A stretch of DNA of 63,999 bases, counting the filler, from Octopus bimaculoides (Eukaryota): assembly GCF_001194135.2 (NCBI RefSeq). It is 9 parts of 7 records of this genome, joined end to end, with 100 filler letters (N's around TTAATTAATTAA, not from the genome) between each part and the next. Parts side by side here need not be neighbours in the genome. Positions count along the whole stretch, not along the records: positions 1 to 4,195 come from NC_068986.1; positions 4,296 to 10,725 come from NC_068986.1; positions 10,826 to 25,185 come from NC_068988.1; 6 more parts are not named here. One strand, written 5' to 3'. The position numbers and the translations under genes were made by a program. Below the pieces are notes generated by a model. That model searched no databases, was not told where the DNA came from, and saw only the letters and a program-made list of their open reading frames with translations. Shown piece after piece: positions 1 through 12,574 of the stretch (its first letter is position 1; each line of letters opens with the position of its first letter).

Positions 1-1392
1 ATATATATATATATATATATACATACACACACACACACACATATATATGTCTCAAGTGTAAAAACTATATCACTATATTCGTAGTTACATTTACGATATA
101 AGATTTAATTATGCTATCATCCTTATATAAATTGATTATAAGTAAATAAATTGAATTGTATAACAGTAATATATGAATAGTTTTATAAAGGGGCCTACCG
201 TGATTAAATTATTTTTATTGTAAGTACATATTTCCGGTTATTTTTCCGTAAGCAATCAGCGTATAAATATATAAACATTGATTTACAGCAGTATTTTCCT
301 CTGATAAATTAAGCAGATTTATGTTTTTTTACTTGTTATTTATCAAGAATAATGTTTATATTAGTACGAATAAATAGATTAGAATAATTATTATACATAA
401 TTATATATCTTTTTGAATAATTATGAATACATGAATATCTCTTGTACACCCTATAATATTGAGTATATATCATCATATTATGTTCCTTCGAACTTGTATA
501 CAAATAAAAAATCATAGAATAATAAAACTATTGGTCTAAAAACTAAGTAAAGCTCTCATATTTTATTTATCTATGTATTATTATCATTTTATGTAAGTAG
601 TATTGTTTACGGTAATCGTAACTTTATAGATTCGTTTATCATCAGCGTATTTTGTAGAAAATCTTCAGTGAAGGTGTCGTTGATTTAAAATTTGTTAAAT
701 GAATTTAGTGTCTGAATAAAATATACCCTTATTTATTTATTTATTTTATTCATCATAGTACATAGTAATTTTAAATAAAATATATTTCCTACTATAAATT
801 CTTAACATATCATATAGATCTTATTATATAATAAAATAGGTAGTGATTATTTCCGATTAAAATATCTTTAGATTAATATTATTGGAGATGTATAAGAAAT
901 TTTATGACTGTCTTTTTTCTTTTCTTAACTATTTCATTGATTTGAATTTTGTCTTTATTGCATTTATTATATTTTTGAATTATTAACGCTCACGCTTGTA
1001 CACATTGGTATATTCTAACTCAGTCTCTTTGATCATTTTATCAGCCCTTGCACGGATGTTTTGACTACTTTTTGAACAAATATTTCCCTGAAGCGTCTAA
1101 TATGCATAAATGTGAGTTTTTTTATGAATTCACTGGAGGATATGAGTCGAAACCAATTATTGTATTTATATTTGCTTCAATTATTCGTTAAATTATATTA
1201 TATTATACCATTTTATCGTGAATACTTATATTATATTATAATGTAAATAAATTTTTAATATGTCAATTGTATTTGTCTATTTCCTTTAATATTTGTATAC
1301 TGTAATTATACAATTTTATTTGCGGTATTCAACTGAAGTACCAATGAACATTAGATCTTTCCCATCTCTTTGATCGAAATGTTTTCCCTCGG

Positions 1393-1433
<41 letters not shown>

Positions 1434-1744
1434 TACATATATGTATGTATCAGTTGAATGAAGTTACAACATTGTCTGGTATTCCCGATTTCTATTATTG
1501 TATTTAAACATCACGGCTTCAATATTGCGGTTTGCCTGCCGCACCGATATTACTGGCACAGATCCCGCCTTTATTTTAACCAATTAGCTTGCGGTTTACA
1601 TGTAATGGTTTTATGAGTGAGCAAACTTAGTTGGTTTCTATAGTTTTTATTTCAATCAGTGGGAGACTTCTATAATTTCTTTATATTCATATGTTAAATA
1701 TTTTTTTTTAATCTACATCATTTACTGGTTGTTACATATTGTTG

Positions 1745-2185
1745 TTATTTCCGTTCAGAACATTCCACATGATTTAGGAATTACTGCCATAAAATATTGG
1801 GTCGAGAAACATAGAGAAGTGATCCCCAGTTGATTTACTGTAAATTCCATACTAGACGCGGTCAGCGTCATCCTCTAAAACAATACATTCCAATAATACA
1901 TTCGAAACAATACATTCCTTTTCAACGGAAAAAAAAAACTACCTCCACACTCGAGGCACAGCTATGGGGACGTGATTTGCTGCAGTTCTCGCGAGCTGTT
2001 TATTGGGATACTTGGAACAAAACTTATATCAAAGAATTGATGAAAACTATGGCATGACGTTTAGAAAATATATAAAGGACACGTGGATATCTCGATGACT
2101 GTCTCCTAATATGGACCAAATCCCTAGAAAATCGGGAAGAATTCAGCACCCTCCTCAATAATCTGCATCATAGTCTCAAATTTTT
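1745..2185 (+). mobile_element. Penelope-like element reverse-transcriptase remnant (stops and frameshifts)
   Basis: Manual translation across frames gives NIPHDLGITAIKYW...NNTF, RGTAMGT...LGYLEQ and (Y)LDDCLLIWT...LNNLHHSLKF, the typical PLE RT motifs including YxDD. Confidence 0.8.
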
Positions 2186-2985
2186 AGGCTTCAAGTAGAC
2201 TTCTGCATATTATCACACGCACTACAAACGCATGCATAAATATACACAGAAAAACACACACACACACGTACACACACACACAAACACATACATTTATGTG
2301 CGCGTGTGTATGCGTGTGAAATAGTGTATCTTCACGTATGTGGAATTTTGGGGTGTAAGACTATACGTGAAAACAGCTATTCGATATCGAAGGAATACAT
2401 CAGTACGTCCCATTTGCCTATCATGACCACGCATTATCAACACGTGAAATACTGTGTGATTCAGCCCAAAAATTTTGAGGAGTAGAGCAGAAGGGATAAT
2501 GTCCATATCAAAATGAAAAGAACATAGCAGAAAGTGTACAGAATATAACAGGGAGATATATAAATAACAATAAGTTTTCTTTCCAAATGATATTCTTACT
2601 TATCTCATGTCAACTTACATTGTTCTGTTTTCGATATTTTCTATTATTCTTTGTTATTTTACTTTGCAGATTGTTTCAACTGGTCAACCGTTCAATTATA
2701 TTTCGTTTAAACATTGCAATATATACTTATAATATGGTATAATAAATCCGCTATTTTTTTTATTTATAAACATACATACATACACATATAGGTATATGCA
2801 TATATATGTATGTATATATACAATTTTTTTTTCTCCGTGTTTTTCTCCTTGTCTCCGTATTCTGTCTGTTGAAGAGCGTAGCTCGAAACGTCAAAGACTT
2901 TCCGTATTCCCGAGCGTCATACTAATACATCCTTTTGTTATTTACACCACCTGTCCTCGTCTGTTGTTGTTTTTTCGTACATTGT

Positions 2986-3016
<31 letters not shown>

Positions 3017-3233
3017 NNNNNNNNNNNNNNNNNNNNNNNNNNNNNNNNNNNNNNNNNNNNNNNNNNNNNNNNNNNNNNNNNNNNNNNNNNNNNNNNNNNN
3101 NNNNNNNNNNNNNNNNNNNNNNNNNNNNNNNNNNNNNNNNNNNNNNNNNNNNNNNNNNNNNNNNNNNNNNNNNNNNNNNNNNNNNNNNNNNNNNNNNNNN
3201 NNNNNNNNNNNNNNNNNNNNNNNNNNNNNNNNN

Positions 3234-3271
<38 letters not shown>

Positions 3272-3470
3272 ACAATATAGCGTGGGAACATACTCGCACT
3301 TGTGCATATGTGCACATAAGCACATTTACATGTTTAAGCGCATATATGCATTTATATAGTGTTTATATAATGCGCTGTTGCATTTATACAGTGTTTATAT
3401 AGAACCTTTATTGACTGAAGAAATTACCTACTTCTTTACAAATAATATCCCCGTGTGTGTGTATGTGTTT

Positions 3471-3532
<62 letters not shown>

Positions 3533-3597
3533 GAGTGCGTGCGTGCGTACCTGCATGTACTGTCCAAATTTTATCTCGTAATATTTTCTGTATCGAA

Positions 3598-3960
3598 AGC
3601 GGCGAGCTGGCAGAAACGTTAGCACGCCGGGCGAAATGCCTAGAGGTATTTCGTCTGCCGAGGTCGAATTTGCTTTTCATCCTCTTGGGGTCGATAAATT
3701 AAGTACCAGTTACGCACTGAGGTCGATGTAATCCACATAATCTCTTTGTCTGTCCTTGTTTGTCCCCTCTGTGTTTAGCCCCTTGTGGGCAATAAAGAAA
3801 TAAGAAACGTTAGCACGTCGGGCGAAATACATAGCGGTATTTCGTCTGTCTTTACGTTTTGAGTACAAATTCCTCCGAGCTTGACTTTGCCTTTCATTCT
3901 TACGTGGTCGATAATTTAACTACCAGTTGCGTACTGGGCTCGATCTAATCGACTGACCCC
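3598..3960 (+). mobile_element. Two tandem degenerate copies of tRNA-derived SINE family A
   Basis: GGCGAGCTGGCAGAAACGTTAGCACGCCGGGCGAAATG head and GGGGTCGATAAATTAAGTACCAG body. The same family recurs at 6256-6314(-), 28089-28305, 31839-31976(-), 59653-59830 and 59945-60135. Confidence 0.7.
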
Positions 3961-4195
3961 ACCCCGCTCTTAAAAAATTTCAGGACTTGTGCCTAGAACA
4001 GAAAAGAATATTTTCTGCATCGGTATCACTGTCCCACCCAGAGCGAAAGTACATATCAGTAATATGTTGTGGCATTTTAAACCTGAAAGCAATGCCTCTT
4101 GCTGATCAATTACCGTACGATATATAAACTCATACATACATACATACATACATACATACATACATAAATACATACATACACACGTATATATATAT

Positions 4196-4295
4196 NNNNN
4201 NNNNNNNNNNNNNNNNNNNNNNNNNNNNNNNNNNNNNNNTTAATTAATTAANNNNNNNNNNNNNNNNNNNNNNNNNNNNNNNNNNNNNNNNNNNN
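4196..4295. other. Artificial assembly spacer (44 N + TTAATTAATTAA + 44 N); also at ~10770, 25230, 43944, 51751, 58410, 61673 and 62940
   Basis: The same 12-mer (stops in all six frames) sits centred in N runs eight times. Confidence 0.95.
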
Positions 4296-5050
4296 GACTA
4301 CACCATTGAATATCGAAAATCAGCAGATCATGGCAATGCTGATGCCCTCAGTCGCTTGCCATTCGGTGATGATAACGACTTTGACAGAAAGGAAAATGGT
4401 GAAGACATAGACATGGTGTGTGCCATCAAAGCTCTTAGTATTCACGTCCAACCTGTGGATGCTAATCTCCTCCGTCAAGAGTCAGGGAAAGATCCAGTGA
4501 TATCTACAGTGATGCGCTACGTCCGTGAAGGCTAGCCACCAAAGAACATGGAGATCAATGACGAAGTCAACAAGTTCCGTAAGTTATCAAACTCACTCAG
4601 TATCTGCCATGGATGCCTTATACATGGATCTAGAGTTGTGATTCCACATAGCTTGCAGCCAAAGATCCACAATCTTCTGCATCTTGGACTCTTTGGCATG
4701 GAACGCATGAAACAACTAGCAAGAACTGTTGTTTATTGGCCTGGTATCGATGCTGCTATAGAGATAGCCAGTCGACGATGTGATTCGTGCAACGAACATC
4801 AAATGCAGCCATCTAAGCCTCCAGTCCACCCATGGATTTTACCAGAAAAGCCGTGGAGCCGCTTACACCTAGACCACGCAATAAATTTTATGGGTAGAGA
4901 TTGGCTGGTGATCACAGATGCTTATTCCAAGTAGCCATGCATTCATCCTACTTCCTCCACGTCCTCCAAAGCCACTTTAAATCTGCTTGAGGAAGACTTT
5001 GCACACTTCGGATTTCCTCACACATTGGTCACCGATAACGCACCAACTTT
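4296..5050 (+). mobile_element. Ty3/Gypsy LTR retrotransposon pol fragment (RNase H end, integrase zinc-binding domain and core), with in-frame stops
   Basis: EYRKSADHGNADALSRLP; H..LFGMERMKQLARTVVYWPGID..CDSC; PWSRLHLDH; FGFPHTLVTDNAP. TAG replaces the expected Trp codons near 4533 and 4932. Confidence 0.9.
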
Positions 5051-5979
5051 NNNNNNNNNNNNNNNNNNNNNNNNNNNNNNNNNNNNNNNNNNNNNNNNNN
5101 NNNNNNNNNNNNNNNNNNNNNNNNNNNNNNNNNNNNNNNNNNNNNNNNNNNNNNNNNNNNNNNNNNNNNNNNNNNNNNNNNNNNNNNNNNNNNNNNNNNN
5201 NNNNNNNNNNNNNNNNNNNNNNNNNNNNNNNNNNNNNNNNNNNNNNNNNNNNNNNNNNNNNNNNNNNNNNNNNNNNNNNNNNNNNNNNNNNNNNNNNNNN
5301 NNNNNNNNNNNNNNNNNNNNNNNNNNNNNNNNNNNNNNNNNNNNNNNNNNNNNNNNNNNNNNNNNNNNNNNNNNNNNNNNNNNNNNNNNNNNNNNNNNNN
5401 NNNNNNNNNNNNNNNNNNNNNNNNNNNNNNNNNNNNNNNNNNNNNNNNNNNNNNNNNNNNNNNNNNNNNNNNNNNNNNNNNNNNNNNNNNNNNNNNNNNN
5501 NNNNNNNNNNNNNNNNNNNNNNNNNNNNNNNNNNNNNNNNNNNNNNNNNNNNNNNNNNNNNNNNNNNNNNNNNNNNNNNNNNNNNNNNNNNNNNNNNNNN
5601 NNNNNNNNNNNNNNNNNNNNNNNNNNNNNNNNNNNNNNNNNNNNNNNNNNNNNNNNNNNNNNNNNNNNNNNNNNNNNNNNNNNNNNNNNNNNNNNNNNNN
5701 NNNNNNNNNNNNNNNNNNNNNNNNNNNNNNNNNNNNNNNNNNNNNNNNNNNNNNNNNNNNNNNNNNNNNNNNNNNNNNNNNNNNNNNNNNNNNNNNNNNN
5801 NNNNNNNNNNNNNNNNNNNNNNNNNNNNNNNNNNNNNNNNNNNNNNNNNNNNNNNNNNNNNNNNNNNNNNNNTGTTACCCGTTCCAGAGTATGGACCAGA
5901 CAACCCAAGACGGTCCAAGAGAACCCGTAAAACCCAAGAGAGACTTTGCTGTTGATACTTCTTGTGTAGCATCAATTTC

Positions 5980-6252
5980 AGTGGGGAGGTGTTATATGGA
6001 CTGTTGGATGTGTTATTCGTCTGTCGTTCCGTGTGTCACTGTGGTTCGTCTGAGTTCATTGCTTCATTGTTGTTGTTTTGAATGACTGTGGTAATAGAAT
6101 GTCATTGATAGATATGGCGGACATGACTCTTGTTTATTCACATCGAACTTTCGGTGAGTGCGTTCTTTGTATGTAATTGAATAATAAATGTAATAATTAA
6201 ATTGTACAACTCGTTATCTTTTCTCTGCGAGTCTCCCGAAAGGAATACAACA
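5980..6252 (+). mobile_element. Polypurine tract plus 3' LTR, probably of the Gypsy element at 4296-5050
   Basis: AGTGGGGAGG (5980-5989) is followed directly by TGTT... and the unit ends ...AACA (6252). An AATAAA lies inside. It is on the same segment as the pol fragment, across an N gap. Confidence 0.7.
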
Positions 6253-6681
6253 AGTACTCAACTGGTACTTATTTTATCGACCTCGAAAGGTTGAAAGGTT
6301 AAGTCGACCTCGGTTCATACATACATACATACATACATACATACATACATACATACATACATACATACATACGTAAGTCCGACGATGTTTTGCTGGCCGA
6401 AATTTTATAAGTCACTGCCAACAACATTCTTGTTTAAGAAGCAAGACTTTGACATAGATATAGGAGTTTTCGACTCCCATTTCTAGCAATGCTGTGCTCC
6501 TTGCACCCTTTGGTCACTTTTAGTGACGGCGAATTATTTCCTTTTTGGTTTAAATTGCTTCCGGCCACCTTTATTATTCTATAGCTATCGCATTACTACT
6601 CCGTCAAATCAGCTACTGATTTCTGTGGCCTTTTCTATAAGGATGATAGGCGAGATTTCAGATTCACCGCCCGCAATGGAG

Positions 6682-6740
6682 TAAGCATTCCTGACGAGTA
6701 TCAATTTCTTATACGAAATTTACATCTTAATCTAATGCAT
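6682..6740 (+). ncRNA. Candidate (probably degenerate) type I minimal hammerhead ribozyme
   Basis: CTGACGA (6691-6697), stem II GTAT/ATAC, GAAA, then T-TTAC-A-TC. Stem I pairing (gcatt/aatgc) is offset rather than contiguous. Confidence 0.35.
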
Positions 6741-6877
6741 CTAGCTCACGGTGGGGAGATGTTCTCTCCCTTGTCAGTGCAAATAAAACATGTGGCTTTT
6801 TGTGGCTTGTCTTTGACTCCTATTTCGAGCAATACTGGTGTTCATTACACCTTTTTGTCACTTTTAGTGACGGTGAA

Positions 6878-6919
<42 letters not shown>

Positions 6920-7805
6920 NNNNNNNNNNNNNNNNNNNNNNNNNNNNNNNNNNNNNNNNNNNNNNNNNNNNNNNNNNNNNNNNNNNNNNNNNNNNNNNNN
7001 NNNNNNNNNNNNNNNNNNNNNNNNNNNNNNNNNNNNNNNNNNNNNNNNNNNNNNNNNNNNNNNNNNNNNNNNNNNNNNNNNNNNNNNNNNNNNNNNNNNN
7101 NNNNNNNNNNNNNNNNNNNNNNNNNNNNNNNNNNNNNNNNNNNNNNNNNNNNNNNNNNNNNNNNNNNNNNNNNNNNNNNNNNNNNNNNNNNNNNNNNNNN
7201 NNNNNNNNNNNNNNNNNNNNNNNNNNNNNNNNNNNNNNNNNNNNNNNNNNNNNNNNNNNNNNNNNNNNNNNNNNNNNNNNNNNNNNNNNNNNNNNNNNNN
7301 NNNNNNNNNNNNNNNNNNNNNNNNNNNNNNNNNNNNNNNNNNNNNNNNNNNNNNNNNNNNNNNNNNNNNNNNNNNNNNNNNNNNNNNNNNNNNNNNNNNN
7401 NNNNNNNNNNNNNNNNNNNNNNNNNNNNNNNNNNNNNNNNNNNNNNNNNNNNNNNNNNNNNNNNNNNNNNNNNNNNNNNNNNNNNNNNNNNNNNNNNNNN
7501 NNNNNNNNNNNNNNNNNNNNNNNNNNNNNNNNNNNNNNNNNNNNNNNNNNNNNNNNGTAACGAAGTTGAGAGTGAATGGGGCCGCGCTAGTGTAGCCGGT
7601 CTGAACGGAAAAGAAGAAAAAAAAAACGGAAGAAAAAACAACAAAAACTGTTATTATAAAGAGTTAAAAAAAGAAAAAAAAACCGGCGGATCGAACACAA
7701 ACCCGAAAAATATATCATCATTTAATTTTTAATTCATTTCGATTTCATTGTACTGTGTAAATTCATTCGATTTCATTATATCCTATTTTTAGACGAACTA
7801 ACTAA

Positions 7806-8236
7806 TGTATAACCCCAGTCCCTAAATGTTTTTTGTTTTGTCCTTGTGTTTCCCCTTTGTGTGAGAGCGACTACCAGTGAGGGTGAACGGACAACTAGAG
7901 TCATAGCCAGAAGCAGGCAGCCACTAGAGACCAAACGGCCAGAGACAATTACCCCGACTCTCTCACTTTCACTGACTCACTTTCTTTTCTCTGTAACATT
8001 ACCATATCTCTCTATATTATAATACTATGAGATCGTGTACACACATACCGGCCGAAATTAACTCTTTTTACCTCGCATGCTTTTTACTAATTATACATAC
8101 CAACCCGTCGTAGCTTTGGATATATACAAAGTAACGGTAAATAAATATCGCTTTACAGCTTCGATCACTGTTCTTCTTCCATCTTGCATACTGGCAACCA
8201 ACACCTTAACAACAAACCGTTACAATTGGTGACCCT
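7806..8236 (+). mobile_element. LTR followed by a primer-binding site (5' end of a truncated LTR retrotransposon)
   Basis: TGTA...TACA termini (7806-8224), internal AATAAA, then TGGTGACCC 2 nt downstream. Confidence 0.6.
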
Positions 8237-8822
8237 CAACTGCAACGAAGAACTAACTGTTACAAAGTGGTGACGACTCCGACGTTCCATCCTATTGTTT
8301 ATCAATTATTGTTAAACCGTTACACACATATATATATATATATGACGAGCTCCTTTCAGTTTCCTAAACCACTTACAAGGCTTTGGTTGGCCAGGGGTTG
8401 TAGAAGACACTTGTCCAAGGTGCAATGCAATCGGACTTCAAGCCAGAACCACACAGCCACGCCTACGCCTACAAGTATCAAGGTTCTTTCCTGAATCATA
8501 GGACTCTTAAGGCCGGTGTCCCCGGATTCTGTTGGAAGATTATTCAATTTTGCCAACTGGATGGACAGGGGCAATGTGAAATGAAGTGTTTTGCACAAGA
8601 ACACATCGCCCGGTTCAGGAATCGAAACCACAATCTAACGCTCATGAGTTTAAACATCCTCGGCTCACAAACTAGTATTTGGTAAACATTACAAGAGCCA
8701 GTATTACAGACTAATTGCTCAAGCCAATGAGGTAACGTCTACCTGGTCACTCGATGTGCTTGAAATAGTAGCTAAATATCCCTCAAATCACACCTACCAT
8801 CTAAAATAAATAAATAAACACC

Positions 8823-9004
8823 GCTGGCATGGTTGCGTGGTAAGAAGCTTGCTACCATGATACAAGGCTTCGGGTTCAATCCCACTGCGTGACACCTTGG
8901 GCAAGTGTCTACAACAAACCAACCAAAACCTTGTGTGTGGGTTTAGTAGACGGAAACTGAAAGAAGCCCGCTTTGTTTGTGTGTGTGTGCGTGCGTGTGC
9001 GTGT

Positions 9005-9055
<51 letters not shown>

Positions 9056-9290
9056 TTTGTGTATGTTTTTGTCTCCTATCACCGTTTCACAACCGCTACT
9101 GGTGTGTTTACGTACCCCGTAAATTAGCGGTTCGACCAAAAGAGACCGATAGAATAAGTACCAGGTTGTAAAAAAACAAAAAGTATTAATACTGGGATCG
9201 ATTCATTCGACTAATAATTCTTCAAGGCGGTGCCCCAACATGGCCGCAGTCAAATGACTGAGACAAGTATAAGATAAAAGACAAAGATAA
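8823..9290 (+). mobile_element. Near full-length tRNA-derived SINE family B with an internal (GT)n tract
   Basis: TGGTTGCGTGGTAAGAAGCTTGC...GGGTTCAATCCC head (A/B-box-like), TAGACGGAAACTGAAAGAAGCCC, and GGCGGTGCCCCAACATGGCCGCAGTCAAATGACTGA tail. Partial copies at 8362-8460(-), 25286-25620, 28893-29005, 31357-31520, 33342-33590, 36285-36490 and 38885-38960(-). Confidence 0.8.
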
Positions 9291-9581
9291 AAAGAACACA
9301 TTGGGAATATTGTTATGAACGTACAAAACACGAAGGGATGGTCACGGTTGGAACCTATGATTAACAAGCAATAGCTACAACGAAGAACAGATTCTCTATA
9401 GAATAATGACAGAGTAAAATATAGCCAGGGACACCTACTGCATGAACACTAAACAGTAAAGTGAGCGCTAGCATATTTGATGATTCTAATGTAGCGGGGC
9501 TGATAGGACGATCATTTACAAATGTCCCGGGACTAATTTAGTTGGGAATGACTTCCTCCTAGCTATCCCCATCAGTTCTTT

Positions 9582-9665
<84 letters not shown>

Positions 9666-10585
9666 TATCTATCTATCTATCTATTTATCTATCTATCTCT
9701 TTGCCAACTGTCTATCTCTTTGCCAACTGACAAACTAGCCAGTCAGTCGTATAATAATGGTGGGGATGGCGGTGTGGTAGAGGTGGTGATGATGGAGATG
9801 GTGGTGGCGGCGGCGGCGGTGGCGGCAGTGGTGGTTGAGGTGGTGGTGACTGCGGTGGCGGCGGGGGCCGTAGTGGTTGTGGTGGTGGCGCTGGTGATGT
9901 ATCAACCCAACATCTGACTCACACTTCATGAGTCTTCTTATAAATATTTCATTCCATTATTACTTCGCACGCCGTTAGACAATTAATAAGATACATTCTC
10001 TCTCCAAAAACAACAATAACAACACCACCAACAACAGCAACAGGGAAAACAATATAATTATAATATATTAAAACGAAAAACCATAAAAACAACAATAACA
10101 ACAACGAAAACATGAAAACAATAAAAACAAAGACAAATTTCTTAATTCTATACTAAAAATTAATATTTCTTTTAAGACAGACACAAATACCTTCCTCTCC
10201 CTCTCTGTGTCATGCACAAACACACACACACAGACACACACACACACACACACACAAACACACACATACACACACACACATACACACACACGCACGAACA
10301 CGCACACACATACACACACACGTACACGCACGCACGCACGCATGCCCACAACAGTACACACGCGCACACATGCATATACAACCGCACACTTACACACACG
10401 CACTCAGACATACACACTCACACTCGCACACACACATACATACACACACACACACACATGCGCACAATAACAGTACACACGCGAAATACGCACATACACA
10501 ATCGTACACAATGAAACACACACCATCACACACACATATCCATCCACACAAATCACACAAACACATATATGCATACATACATACA

Positions 10586-10617
<32 letters not shown>

Positions 10618-10825
10618 CACAAGCACACACTCACAGCCACGTGCATATGTATATATACGTACATCGTCCGCTCTATCCTCACCACCCTCACCACCACCAC
10701 ACTATTACTATCTCCATTGACCACCNNNNNNNNNNNNNNNNNNNNNNNNNNNNNNNNNNNNNNNNNNNNTTAATTAATTAANNNNNNNNNNNNNNNNNNN
10801 NNNNNNNNNNNNNNNNNNNNNNNNN

Positions 10826-10891
<66 letters not shown>

Positions 10892-11466
10892 ACGTATATA
10901 CATATGCGTGTGTGAGTGTGTGTCTATGTATGTGTGGGGGTTATGTGTTATTGCATTTTGCAGCTTAACCGATTTACGTATGTACAATAAGTAGAATATC
11001 GATGTTATATCCTCATCGACCCGTCTGCATTATATTAAGCATTGTCCACGGTTGATCTATGAATTGACTCAAAGGACTTTTGTCTACTTCAGAAAAGAAG
11101 TTTATCTTCTAGCGTGGAGTTTAACTTAAGCTTAGGTTAAGTGTTATTGCTTTTCTTTATATACAGTGAGACTGTTGGATCACTATATTTATATATATAT
11201 ATATATATATNNNNNNNNNNNNNNNNNNNNNNNATATAATATTAGGGAATAAAGTCCAAAACTTACAGGGAAAAAATCAATTTAGCAATACTAAATCAAG
11301 TTTCCCAATATAAAATATATGTATATAATTTAGAGAAAAACCACTATTAAATAATTCAATAAAGAAGAATGTAATTCATACCCTCTATAAAATAAATATA
11401 TCATAAAAACATTATTCAAAAAATCAATAAAATACATAACAGAATAACTAGTAAATGGTATGAAAT

Positions 11467-11597
11467 GACTACGCACGTTTCGTGGCTATATTTTCAAATA
11501 GATAACTACTAAAACAAATTCGATTAATAATTTGATTAATAATAATAAAATCGATCTACAGTTAAATCTATTCAAAAATATAGTTACTCGTCAGGTC
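11467..11597 (-). ncRNA. Type I minimal hammerhead ribozyme candidate with a long stem II (left arm)
   Basis: Minus strand reads GAC-CTGACGA-G...~22-bp stem II...C-GAAAC-GTGC-GTA-GTC. Stem I is GAC/GTC and the cleavage triplet is GUA. Confidence 0.6.
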
Positions 11598-11910
11598 TAA
11601 AATAAAATTAAAAAATAATAATAAAAACAATGTACGCATTGTAACTTATACTAAATATCTAAAAAAAAAAAATACTTATATTAACAATAAATAAATAATC
11701 GAAAAACATTTAACAATATTTCTTAAAATAAAAACACAACTTATCGAAGAATTACGGTAATTCTTCAATTATATGTGTTTTTATTTTAAGAAATATTGTT
11801 AAATGTTTTTCGTTTATTTATTTATTGTTAATACAAGTATTTTTTAGATATTTAGTATAAGTTACAATGCGTACATTGATATTTTAAATTATCATTTTTA
11901 TTTTAATTTA

Positions 11911-12038
11911 GACCTGACGAGTGACTATATTTTTGAATAGATTTAGCTGTAGATCGATTCGATTATTAATTGAATTATTAATCGAATTAGTTTTAGTAGT
12001 TATCTATTTGAAAATATAGCCATGAAACGTGCGTAGTC
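11911..12038 (+). ncRNA. Type I minimal hammerhead ribozyme candidate with a long stem II (right arm)
   Basis: GAC-CTGACGA (11914-11920)-GTGACTATAT...ATATAGCCAT-GAAAC-GTGC-GTA-GTC. Predicted cleavage is after A12035. Confidence 0.55.
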
Positions 12039-12186
12039 ATTTTTTTCCATTTACTAGTTATTCTTTTACGTATTTTATTGATTTTATGAATAAGGTTTTA
12101 TGATATATTTATTTTCTAGAGGGTATGAATTACATTCTTCTTTATTGAATTATTTAATAGTGGTTTTTCTCTAAATTACACACACA

Positions 12187-12278
<92 letters not shown>

Positions 12279-12518
12279 ATCAGTATATGGTTTAACTTAT
12301 TAGACACAGTTCAACATATTCATTCATATTTATGTAATGGAGGAGGTTAGATGTTAAAATGAATTATAGTTTCAATTTTTCATGTTGCTATACAATTTGT
12401 TTCATACCAATAAACTCAGATATTCATAAGTAGAAAATCGTAATAGTCATATTTGTATCCGTCAGTAGCTGATATAAAAAATAAGACAGACGTTAGAAGT
12501 ACACAGACGTTCTCTTAC

Positions 12519-12574
12519 TTATCGTTATGGAATTATTGTATTCGTTCTTGCAGTCATGCCTATTTGAATCAAGG
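12519..12574 (-). other. Candidate small exon downstream of the GRL-like pair
   Basis: Minus strand has acceptor ACTTTTTCAG and donor-like AA|GTAAGA. The phase-1 reading is xLIQIGMTARTNTIIP*. Confidence 0.25.

Larger units (their letters stand above)
11326..12178. repeat. ~850-bp imperfect palindrome (two ~425-bp inverted arms), Penelope pLTR-like
   Basis: Centre GAAGAATTAC-G-GTAATTCTTC at 11756. The arms match out to TAATTTAGAGAAAAACCAC / GTGGTTTTTCTCTAAATTA with scattered substitutions and indels. Confidence 0.9.

Noticed and set aside
1-1400. Alternative genetic code (mitochondrial or ciliate) or contaminant explanation for the AT-rich block
   Set aside because: TAA, TAG and TGA all interrupt every frame and no mitochondrial gene motif is recognisable.
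4240-4251. Recurrent TTAATTAATTAA motif as a biological or regulatory repeat
   Set aside because: It is always centred in 44+44 N, so it is an artificial linker.
9720-9929. Gly/Val/Ala-rich and His-rich ORFs, also at 26047-26313, 48537-49337 and 57021-57387
   Set aside because: These are trinucleotide-repeat (GGT/GGC/CAC) low-complexity DNA with no domain, splice or paralogue support.
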